Source of the DNA: Ptychomitrium polyphyllum
Lineage: Eukaryota
Assembly: GCA_973851085.1 (NCBI GenBank)
Contig: OZ316775.1
Span: forward strand, 7,254,001 to 7,318,000
Length of the DNA: 64,000 nucleotides
Direction: 5' to 3'
In this document: positions 52,401-64,000 of the stretch, piece by piece
Position numbering within the stretch: position 1 is the first letter of the stretch
Layout: every line of letters starts with the position of its first letter
Notes under the pieces: generated by a model
What the model was told of the DNA's origin: nothing
The model's input: only the letters and a program-made list of their open reading frames with translations
The model's database searches: none
Position numbers and translations under genes: made by a program

Positions 52401-55400
52401 GCAATGCAATGTGGGTAAATCTATGCAAGCTCCTGTATCATCCTTTGCAAGGCAACAAGTCATCTTAGAATAAGGGTCAAACCATTTTATTCCATCTTCA
52501 AGAATATAAAGGATGCCATGAATAAATTCAACTCCTTTAATTTAAAGACAACCAAATAATGATCTTTAGGTATGTTTGTTTTAAATCTCTTTGAAAAACA
52601 TGTTTCACAATAAATCATTCTACATTAGTTATATATGAAGGACAATCCAAAAGAATTGGTTCTTACAATTCGGCAGCATGTTTTATTTTCTAATTTAATC
52701 CCACATCTGCAATTGTCTTCTAGTGTGCATAAAATAATAGATTCTTAAGAATTAACAAACATGTATAGAGGTCCTTTAATATGGAGAAATCCCTTTATTC
52801 CAAATTTAAACTATTTAATTTTCAATTATCATATTCCATACTATAAATTTATGATATAACATATTCTTTTGCTCTTTGTGTAATTTCAACTTGTACATAT
52901 TAATATGTACAATAATTAAAAAAATGCTTAGCTTAAATGAATATGCTTGGTGTATTCCCTTAAGGTAGTGAATTTCCTATATGACCAATGTGATATGGTT
53001 TTCTTGCATCTCCTTCTTGCAAACAAACTTGGTGCATATTTATTTTATTTCTTCTTTTAATAAAATTCTTCCATTAACACTAAAGTGTGTATTGCCTAAA
53101 GGCTTTGAAGATTCAATAATAATACATGCTTATTTAAGTTGAATAAATCTAATATGCTCCAAATATGATATTTTTGTTATAGATGAATAATTTATTATTC
53201 CTCTGTGGGCCATGAATTTGGAATGTTGATGAAAGGTGTGGAATTAATAAAGGTCAACGAGTAGGTGTATTTATTTTAGTTACCAATTAATTTTGGATGC
53301 AAAAATAGTCCAAATGTTCATTACTTACATCAACATGCTAGACTAGCTTACATTTAATACATGCAAGAGTTATTTGTAAACTCAATTCATTTTCTTGCCT
53401 GAAGATATGGAGGTTGTCTTTTGATTTTTTAAGAGAATATTTTCAGCAAAAAAATTATAGTTGGTTTAAAGTAAATGAAACATTAGTATATAAGAATAAA
53501 ATTTAAACAAAGTGCTAAAAAGAATAAAAAATCACAAATAACATATTGGGTAAGAAGAGGGCCCAATTACCAAATAAGTCTATGGTAGACAAAATATTGT
53601 ACTTCCCAATATGGAAAGACTCTGAATTCAGCGATCATGATTAATCTAAGCATCAGTCCATCCCCTAAGCTAACCTCCTACAGTATGGCTAAGCTAGCCT
53701 ACAACAGAGTCATACAGTGTTGCTGTTGTAGTATTTGTCATGTGATTGGGTGGGATTAAGCTGGGACCATAGCCTGTGCGTCTCGTATGGTCAAGAGCCC
53801 TCATTCAAAGGCTGCAAGGCCTATGTCTCCTGAGGCACAATTCCACTGCTTTCCATTGCCACTACAGCCCCCAAAGGCCTTACTAGGCAGAAGTTACCAT
53901 AACATTTTTGTTCACTGACTGTGGACCCAGCCTTTGTATAAGCCAATTATTGTCATTGGATCACTTGCATCCACAACCCCAGCAAGAGTGGTGTTAAGGT
54001 AACTGACACCAATCCCCTTGCTTAGCATATTAGCCTATGAGACAATGTTCTTCACTTGGAAGAAATTGCAATGGATAGACATGAAGGTTTGAGAACCAAA
54101 TCTTTTGAAACATGATTTTTGTATTTTATATGAATTTTCAGATTTTTTTGAAATTTTAACTTTTTTAAATCCCTGTATACCTTAGTAGGCTGATCCATTT
54201 AATTTTTGAATTGCATTTATAATTGCCACAATATAATGTACAATTATCATAGCAATTTAGTTACTTCATAAATGCCCAAATATCATTGTTAAGATAATGC
54301 ACTATTGGAATGGAAGATTATATAATGTAGGGAACTAAAACTATTTTTTTAAAGTAGTATTTATGAATTATAAGAGAGTGAATCAATCCATTTAGACATA
54401 GGAAAAATTCACCAAATTTATGATATACATGTTGTGCTTGTAGTATGGTTTATTTATTAATCCCGGGTTTTATGTCCTTGCTCATTGTTTTATAGCAATA
54501 GGCTTTCCGTTTACTTCTGGTTCCTAGCACCTATTGATGTTCCAAAAAAACTTACCGGTTGCTTGGAACTAAAAGGATCTGTCCTTCATTTTCTCAATGA
54601 TATACCACAAATAAAATCCATAAATGTGCAATATATTTAAATATTCATCTAAAGATATTTATTCAAATGTTATATTGAGAAGAAAAAATGAGTTATGATA
54701 CTAGAAAAGAAATAATTTCTAATTATATAATTCTTTTATACATGATGTAATTATGTTATTTAAAATGATGTATTAAATATGCTACTATGTTTAATAATGA
54801 GAAATCAAGTTTGATGTTCATATTTAATGATTTTTGCATGTTTCATTCATTAATACAAACCAAGGTATTTTGTTCTATTTGTGGTTCATTGCTATAAACC
54901 AATATATATAAAATTATTGAATTTTAACATCATTTACTCTTACAAAATGTTCAAAATTCATATTTTATAAACTAAGAGATCATTAAGAGCTAATATGCAA
55001 GTTTTTGTGAAAGAATTTATAAAGATACAAATGACATCAATATTAACCATTCAATTTGAAAAGACATAAATCAAGTATCAATATCATATTTCATTAGAAT
55101 GGATTACATTTATATTTAACTTTTCCTTCTTTTCTTCAATTTATATAAAATAAGCTATAAAATGATTATAATAAAGAATTCTAATTTTAAAATTAAATTA
55201 TAAAATCTAATTAGAACTAGGAATTTCTAATACAAGCAAACATGTTTAGACCTATGTTCTCCACAAACATGATTAAAAACTTGTAATTTTTTATTTTGTA
55301 AATTCTAATAAAAGATCTATAATATTTCCTTGATTTAATAAAAAAGCATGAGGCTATTTTATAATTTTTTTAAATTCCAATAAAAATGAATGTTTTAAAT

Positions 55401-58400
55401 ATAATATACAACATGTTGGAATTATAATATTAAACTTATTTCTAAGTGAAGTTTAATTAGTAAGATATCCAAAACAACATGCAAAATTTTTGTTTAATCA
55501 ATAAATAGGTCATTTACAATGTTGTGATTTTAATTAATAGATCTTTGAGTGAAATGATTTATTGAGTTTCATTTTTTTAATTGAGTAAAAAGTCAAAAAT
55601 CATGTTATTAAATAAGAGTTACAAAAATGTTCTATAGTTTATTTGAAAAAATCCTAATATTCAATCTTATGGATAATTAAAAATCAAATTATAGAAATAT
55701 GTAAAGATGCTATTGAAGTTTGATGATGCAAAGTGTGTTTGAATCCACAATCCAACCATGAAGGATTCAAAAAAACTAATCAATTCAATATGAATCTTGT
55801 GCAAATATAATAACAACTAGGATAATCAACAAGACCTTATAACATGTGAATACTTGACTTATTAGGCTACATAATGATTTAGTAGGCTACAATAGCTTCC
55901 AACTATGTGTTGAGTATTACTCAATGTGAATAGATATGAATTATCAATTAGTTACATAGATTAATAATATAACATCAAATAGGAATTAAAGTTGTATGTT
56001 AACGTTTTTTTATAAAGATAATTTTAAGTGTTCTATTTTCATCAAAATCAAACAAACTTCAAAAATTCATTACCAGCAACATTTTTTATTTGAAACCATA
56101 CAAGGTCATGTAATAGCCTATTAAACATGGTTATAAACCATTGGCAAATCATTAACAGTTCCAAACCATATGTCATTAATGAAGTTATACTTAATTATCA
56201 TACTATTTTTTTTTGAATTCTTAACCACAAATAATTAGTTTTTTGAAATTTTCACGTTTATGTCACCTTCTATTGGTTTAAATCATCATAAAAGTTGACA
56301 TATCACAAAATTTTGTTATTGTATTCATATTCTTATACCACTGTAACCTTGTAAATATAGATATTATTGATTTAAAATCAAATCCTATTAGTAAACTTAT
56401 CAAACTTAAATTTTTTTGGAAACCATATATGTAATATTTTTGAGGTTTTTGGAAATATTCATGGTATAAGAAAAAAAATATGATATTACAAACCTACATA
56501 GACATGGACAAAAGAATTTTTGTTGTTAATAAAATTTAATGCAAAATAAATAGCATACAAAAGGTACAAACAAAAATTTGGAAATATCTTAAAAATATAA
56601 ATAAATACAATTTGAAATGGTTTTAAGAAGTTGTAGTTGGAAACATTTTGAAATATTTGGATGTTTTGTTCTTTAATGGAATTCCAATTTTTTTTTTGCA
56701 ACTAATGTTATTTATAAATTTCTTGTGACCAGCATAAAATTAATATGAAAACATTATTTGATTTCGTTATAAAAACATTAAATTTCAACTTTAAAACAAA
56801 TGATTAAACAATGTGGGGATGGTAGAATCTGTTCGAAATGTAAAAATTACTTTGAAGTGATCACTTCTAAACACTTCAATTTGTCAAATTCAATATAGTA
56901 ATTTTAAAAAAGGATTTAAATTAAAAAAATATAAATTTATTAATTTTTTGTGGCTTTCATGCAAGAAATTACCGATTCTATTAATCAAGGAAATAATCAA
57001 ATACATCTAAATTGCATGATTTATTGAAAGACATTCAAAATTTGGTCAAATTTTTTTAAGTGTTTTTATTAATGAATTAAAAATAAATAAATAAAATCCT
57101 CTGATATTTAATAGGATCAATTAATTACATATAATAAAAAATATAAAAATATAAAAAATAGTAATGTTTGTATTCATCAATTTTTAAACTTTACGAACTT
57201 TTTTTTTAATGAAAGTTTATTGTACAATACAAACAACTACAACCACTTAGAAGACTTATTACTCAACTTTGATATACAAATGTTGTAAGATGTCTTTAGG
57301 TTAAAGGATTTGAGAAAGACTTTGGAGGAAAAATTTGAAATTGATGTGAAAATGAAAGCTGTAGATTTTGAATTGTGTGTTTTATGTGCACTTATATTTG
57401 TTAATTCCATTGAAAATATTCTATTACAAAAAATTTAAAACAAAAATGTTAAGTTTCTTCTCAAACTTGATTATAAATTCATTTAGAAATGTGAAATGAC
57501 ATGTTCGTAATGCAATAATTTTTGGATAAAACTCTTATTTCATGAAAGATCACTTCTGAACCATTGTCAATGCAAGTTTGGCTTCGTCTAAAATTCACAT
57601 ACTTCTACATACAAGCATGTATTCTTGTAACACAACACTAACCATTGAGGAAAAGAAGAAAAGTCTGAGTTGTTTTCCAAAGAAAAATGTTCCGTGGTGA
57701 AAAGGCTTGAGGTGATAGTGATCAGGAGGGCAAAGTTTGTCGCAACCCTAAATAATGAGGGTCAACAGTAAGGATGAGGGAATCTGCCATAAAAAAGGGC
57801 AAAGGAATGAAAAAAGAAATAGAAGTTGAAATCACAGCATCACCAAGCATAGTTTCTAAACATGATCTGGCCCCCAGATTGGGAAGGTAACGCCCACCAA
57901 GGTCGTCCTTAATTCCCCCCGCCCCCCCCGCACCCCACTTACCCCCGCACTCGCCCCACTCGTAAAGAGCAATCATCTTTCGCGGGCCTCAAAATGACGA
58001 GCACAAGATAAAAATATCTGACACTACATCTTCACGCGATGGGCTGGAGTAGCTTTAGCAGCGAAAGTAAAGCACGGTCACAGGGCACCTCCGCACGGGC
58101 ACCAGCATCCCGCCTGCCAAGATTCACAGGCGAGAATGCGTAAACAAAGCAGAAGTCGGCCCCCTGGAGAGACTCCAACTCGCAAGATCCCCTTCACGCG
58201 CGCGCGCACACACGCGAGAGCTCCTGTTGTGCGCTTGCTCACGCACAGTGTGCACGCAATCCGAAATCCGTCCCCCGCCGTCCATCGCCATCGTCATCGC
58301 CATCGCCATCGTCTGCACACTCTCGAGCCATCATCTTCTTTTGATCGTTCACAATAGAACATCGCTTTTTCATTCTATACCACAGCCACAGCTGCTGCTG

Positions 58401-59360
58401 TTGCCTCTGCAATTGCAGCCGTTAACTTCTTTCTCCGTGCGGGCGATTACGCCAGGGTTTTAAGAGAATCGACTTAGAGAGAGCTGTTGATGTTGACGTT
58501 GATGTTGATGAGATAGAGCTGGTGTTTCCATAGGTTTCTCGAGAGTGAAGGTTAATCTTGGAGAGGGAGAGAGAATTGGGACATTGAGGAGAGGGGGAAT
58601 TTGCGAACAGGTTGGTAAGAGTGAGTAAGCGGTGGTGAGCTTTGAGGAGAGAGGCGGCGATGGTGTCATGAATATGATCAGAGTCTAAGGCAGTTTGTAC
58701 GTTTGTCACGTGAGGGGGAAGTTGAGGCGTTGTTCTTGATTCTTGTGCAGGTCTGAGTTACAGGCTGAGTGGCGTTCGTCGTTAGGCGTGCATTGGTTTG
58801 TGTTTGCGTGGGATCGGCGTGGGGATGTGTACAGGAGTAGCTGTGCGAGAGTGGTGTTTCGGTGGTGTGTGATACTGTAGAGACGTCCTTGATCGATATT
58901 TCGAGCGGGGTCTATTTTTATCCTAGGGAGGGTGGAGGAATATTGTTGTGTGTCTGGAGCTGTAGTTGCGGCGCAGTCTGGGAAGTAGTGTGGCTGTGAT
59001 CGGAGTTTTTGTACCTGTCGTCTGCATTTGCTCGCGTAATCTTGGACTTCAGACGTTGATCATCATCTGTGAGAAGTGAAAAGAAGTATTCTACGAGAAT
59101 GGCAGCATCACATGTGTTGTGTCAGTAGGAAAGCTGAAAGCCAATGATGCATGCTCTTGGAGGTGCGGAGTAAGGAAGAAATGTGTTGAGTTTTTAAAAT
59201 ATTTAGCGGAAAGGGTTTAGCACAAGCAGTTGGAGAAGAGGTCAAGCCTGAAGAAGCGGAGACTTGAAATCACGGCTGCAAGAAGTGCACCCGTCTGGTT
59301 GGCAGAGTGATTAATTCAAACTTTGAAGCAGCGTGATGATTCTTAGTTTGCAGAGACCTG

Positions 59361-59378
59361 ATGATCGCGGCGGGTTGA
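59361..59378 (+). promoter_or_regulatory. Short upstream ORF (MIAAG*) just before the bHLH start
   Basis: ATG ATC GCG GCG GGT TGA lies after a plausible acceptor (TTTGCAG ending 59353) and ends 5 nt before the ATG at 59384. Confidence 0.5.
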
Positions 59379-59383
59379 GGTCC

Positions 59384-61076
59384 ATGGAAAAATGGTAAAA
59401 CACTTCAACCTCTCGCAGTCTCATACTGTATCTGTAGAATGTGAATCGGTAAAAATCTCGCATCCCGAGTTGCAGGTCTTGTGAATGAACTGGAATAGAT
59501 TACATTTTATCTGCGGCCTGCTGTGGATGTTTTCGCTAGGTTTCGATCATTTTGGTGATTCCTGTCAGCTATCGTGTTTAGCCGTAATGATACTGATGTA
59601 TACTTTCCTGAACGAAGGATTACAGCACCTTGACAAAGAAGGTTGTGATGTTGTGAGCCTTGCAAAAAGTAATGAGCAACATTTGTGTTTCTCTCCGTGT
59701 GTGTAGGTCAAATTCTGGGTGGGGTAATCAGCATGCCATTCTTGAACCCTCAATGAGTCCTCTGTTCTTCCCGAACCAACATCTGCAATCGCAGTTCATG
59801 TTTCCGCAGCTAACTGAGAGCGTGGACCAGCAAGCTCTCGTGCAAGCATTCGTGCAGCAAGCAAATGCGGATCATTCCATGCTGGACTCACCTGCCGCTC
59901 AGCATCCTCGTGGGACCACTAGCTTGGACACGCTGCTTAAGTCCAGCAACAGCTCCAGTATGGTAGACTCTACGAGTGACGATGAGTGCACGGCGCCGGA
60001 GAATCTGGAAATGAATTGCATCTCGCTTGGGGGTGACCCTATGTCGCCTGTTTTGCAGGTCAACTTGCTGGACCGTACTGCGAGCACGGGGACTTCCTTG
60101 ATAAATGCGAAGGACTTCTTCCGCATGGAGAGCCCCGGGGGTTCCCTATCATCGAAAGCTTTGCCTCGCGGCGAGAGCGAAGACTCGCTGGCGGGTGCTG
60201 AGGCTGTTGCGACGCTCAAGCGCCAGTTGGAAGAAGACGAAGGGGAATGGATGGAGCAGATCCATGGCGCTAGGTCGAAGCTGCCGAAGGTTGATGTTGA
60301 AGTTTTCCCGCTCCACCAAGAACCGATTGATATAGGGCCCTTCTCCGACCCCGTGCTTACAACCATCGCGGCCGCGATGCCACCCCCCCCACCGTTTCTG
60401 CAACAAGCTAATAGCGGGGGTGGGAGTCCGTCAGTGGACATGGACAAGCTCACCAGCATGGGCGCTATTCTGTTTCGCCACGCTTCACAGCCTGTGCCAA
60501 CCTTAGAGGAGATCGCGAGCACGCGCCCAAAGCGACGCAACGTGAGAATTTCGAAAGACCCTCAGAGCGTGGCGGCTCGCTTGCGTCGCGAGCGCATAAG
60601 TGATCGCATCCGCGTCCTGCAACGTTTGGTTCCGGGCGGGACCAAGATGGACACGGCGTCCATGCTTGATGAAGCCATCCATTACGTTAAGCTCCTCAAA
60701 CTGCAGCTCCAGGTCCGCTACAGCACCATCTCTCGCGTCTCTCCTTCCCATGTTTTTTCATCTTTTGCTGCAATTTCTTCATCCAGGTTGTACGTCAAAC
60801 CGAGTTTGTGAATGACTTTTTTAAAAAAAATTTCAGACGTTGGAGCAGATAGGGATCAACAACAACGATCCCAGGGGGCTTGTGCACCACCAGTTGGCGA
60901 GCTTGGTGCGTCCCTTTGACTTGAACTGCGCACAAGCATGGCCTGCTCCGCCTATAACCATGGTTAATAATCTTCACTATAGCCAACCTTCACTCCATCA
61001 AGGGCTGTTGACATCGTGGCCCAGTGAAGCGAACAGTACATTTTCGGATGCAATGCAAGAGCAGTTTTGTCATTAA
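59384..61076 (+). CDS. bHLH transcription factor, subfamily VIIIb (HECATE/INDEHISCENT-like); predicted exons 59384-59394, 59707-60712, 60837-61076
   Basis: [66 protein letters not shown] is preceded by a HEC-box-like segment [13 protein letters not shown]. Splicing ATGGAAAAATG|G TCA AAT gives an in-frame MEKWSNSGWG start. Confidence 0.9.
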
Positions 61077-64000
61077 GGTTTGAGCTCTTAGATTACTTTT
61101 TGGAGGCCACATTTTGAGGGAAATCGTCGACAACATTTTGCGCTGCGAAGATCATGCTGGAAGTGCTTGATCTTGCCGCAGCAATTTTGTGAGAGACCAT
61201 CGATTCAAGCGACATTTCGGCCAGTCTCTGAGACGGAGATTGTCCTGATTCATGTTTTGATCTTCCTCTTCTGGTTCATATTTTAGGACCTTTCTCCCCT
61301 CGCCATCGCCATCCTTGAGTTGGCCCTCTTTTGTATCGTAACTGAAGTATATACACGACCCCGCCCCCTTTCTCCAATTTATCAACTCTACATGCCGCCC
61401 TAGGGCTTACCTGATTTTCTATGCTTATGTCGACTTATCAATCAAGCTTTGGAGGATGCGGATGGCAGTATTGAGGATTATTAATTTGATCAAATTCTAG
61501 GACTCTGTTCCTTGGATACCTGAAGCAGCTCTTCACTCTTGTATAGTATTATTAGCAGATCATCCGGCTGTATCGATGGTTTGATAATATTGAGCTTCCG
61601 TTACTTTGTACATAGGGCCACAGATCCAGGGAAGAATCTTTTCAGCTAGATATGAGCCTGCATATTATCCTTTCATTGAAGCTTCAGTATCACCATTACA
61701 AAAATGTACAGGATCCCCACTGCAATCCCACTATAGTGCAATTTATGAATTAGTGTTGTGCTGGGCTGTTAGCCCTATTCACAATATTTAATTTACCCTG
61801 ATGACAGTGTTCAAGCATTTTGCACCCATCTTCTTCATGGCCTTGAGAGTTTGTCTGTGTATCTATCTGGTTTATGTGATGTCATAACTACTTGATGATT
61901 TCTTCTCTGTTGTTGGGAACTTGTAGTCTTGGACATACTATCACCTACACATAGGTAGCATCAAGTTTAAATGAATATGTTGAAATCTTTTTTGGCTGGT
62001 TTGACTAGTACATTGTACAGGAGTTTACAAAGCCACTTTCAGTGACTTGCTTCATTTAGTGAATTGCTACTCTTGGAAGGCCTTCTGTACCCTGATCACT
62101 GATGGGGAGTGTCCTGGAAATGCCAGACTGCATTATGAGTGTTGATATAAGGATTGTGATAGTACATGTTCATCCATTGTGTGCACAACAGTGCATGTAA
62201 TTGGGCAAGAAATGTACACTGCCAGCTTCTCTGAGTAGCAATGAAGAAACTGCAGCATCTATGAACTTCCTAGTTGGTGCAATATTAGACCTGGAGAACC
62301 TTCAAACAAGCTTCAAAGAAGCTTCAAACCAGCTTCAAACAAACCCTTGCAGAGGTCATACTGTAACTAAGTCTAGTGTAACACCTCTGAACACCCTTAA
62401 AACAATAATTCTCTCATAAAAAAATATGATTAAATTGTCAAAATCTTGTTTTACTAAAGATTGAGGATTTGTGTATTGTCTCACCAATTAAACTCATAGT
62501 TTCATGCTTACAATGGCACATCCTCTCACTTTCATTTATTGTTGACTTCCACCTCTTCTTGGTTACAGTAAGTTCATCCAAGTGCTCACAACTATTAAAT
62601 TTTAGAATCTGTACAATGCTTATTGAAACATTCACATTGTTTGTTTTCCCTATTTGTATTCTTTTTGTTTTTTTAAGGAAATGAAAGAAAATTCATTGCA
62701 AAGGAAGGAAAACAGCCGAGTCTCATTGGCCTGAGGCCCTGTGGTGACTCAGGCCAGACTGTAAGGACTTACAAAAATCTACATAGTTTCACTACACAAA
62801 GGATGTCTCAACTAATTTTCAAAAACTCTTTACATTTTTTTGAAGTAAATGAAGATTTCAGTATGCTGTATGTAGTTGGCTCAAATAAGTTCCTCTGTTG
62901 TTTTCTGTCAATTGCTAAACAAACTGGACTGTTTTTCATGCACCAGCAGGTTCACTGACACGTTCAAAACTTGGTCGATTCCAAGACCAGCTCATTGCCT
63001 TGAATTCACCTATTCTACCTAGAATGGTACACAGAACAAGGTTCACATCCATTCAGAAGTTGTTCATTAAAGCCCAAGTCCTATTTGACATCAATCACCA
63101 TGATCATTGATGGCATGAATTGATAAGGATCTATTACATTCTCCAACGTAGTATGTTGCCAGTCACTGAAATTGACCACATTCAAAATTTCAGGAATTTG
63201 GGATATGCAAAACATAGAAACAGTGATATTTCCATTTTGGGTGTATTGCATTTGTGGGAAGATTTCTATTTTCTGTTTGTTAAAATTAAATATTTTTTCC
63301 TTTAAATTTAAATCAAATTTTTAAGTTCTACACCTAAATTTAATCCTCCATTGGTTAGGAACCAATGTCCAACAAAGTGAGGTGTCATATGTGGATCCAT
63401 CTTAGAATGTTCTTTAGGATATTCAGTGTCCTACATTTTTGAAGAGGTGAATTTGCATGATCTGTATGTTACCTACATTAGGCTAAGAAATTACAGCTGG
63501 AACTGAGAGTGAATATTGCAATACTCTACCATCACAGTAAATGCATAAGTTATTATAAGCCATGCCTGGCTTGCCAACTGATAATTCAGAGTCCAGTCAT
63601 TCAAGTTTATATAAAATGTTCACATTCAGCACTGGGAAAATTAATAGCAGTAGTTGTGGTTGTACAGAAATTCTTTAGATATAGGAAACATAACCAACTT
63701 GTGACAGGCTTTAGGGTTTATGGTACATCATACGTACCAAATCTTATGGTGTACCATAAATAGGTAGAAAGCAGGGATAAAGAGAGTTCTCCTCTTCATT
63801 CCAGGTTGAACAGTTGCTGGGCATAAAGAATGTAATGTAATGGGAAAGGGGCATCATAAATTAATTTCAGTGACATGGAATAGAAGTTGTGTTACAGCGT
63901 TGGAACTCTACAGTTGATATCAGCAGCCAGTGAGATGGAAGTGGTAACAAGGGAGGCCACATGACATAAATTAGTTGGAGTACAAATGGTATTCTGTAAT

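Noticed and set aside
54100..57600. Very AT-rich block as a specific transposon (MITE/Helitron)
   Set aside because: Probably TE-derived, but I could not identify terminal repeats, a TSD or coding remnants, so no call is made.
59899..60540. 213-aa antisense ORF within the bHLH exon
   Set aside because: Shadow frame of a GC-rich coding exon with no independent features.
62727..62757. Small hairpin TGGCCTGAG...CTCAGGCCA
   Set aside because: A 9-bp stem is too short to be significant in 64 kb.

Overview
Eukaryotic land-plant DNA with intron-rich genes separated by AT-rich spacers. Gene content, intron style and eroded transposons suggest a moss such as Physcomitrium, but this is an inference. 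Five intact or edge-truncated genes lie on the + strand: the 3' part of NOL9/Grc3 polynucleotide 5'-kinase (to 2192), a malectin-like LRR receptor kinase (13442-19243), a PXA-PX-PXC sorting-nexin-like gene (25531-33485), TPLATE (35979-41875) and a HECATE-like VIIIb bHLH (59384-61076). The most unusual region is 3.4-13.3 kb. It holds a decayed minus-strand TIR-domain gene whose C-terminal region shows no NB-ARC P-loop. An old Ty1/Copia element (5960-11077; ~172-bp LTRs; CTGAA target-site duplication) is inserted at what looks like the TIR exon's splice acceptor, and the locus appears to lie head-to-head with the receptor kinase. Other points are a C-rich minisatellite with G-quadruplex potential, a GC-AG intron, a ~16-kb gene-free region upstream of the bHLH, and a uORF ending 5 nt before the bHLH start codon. 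Exon structures and translations were read by eye; no searches were run.
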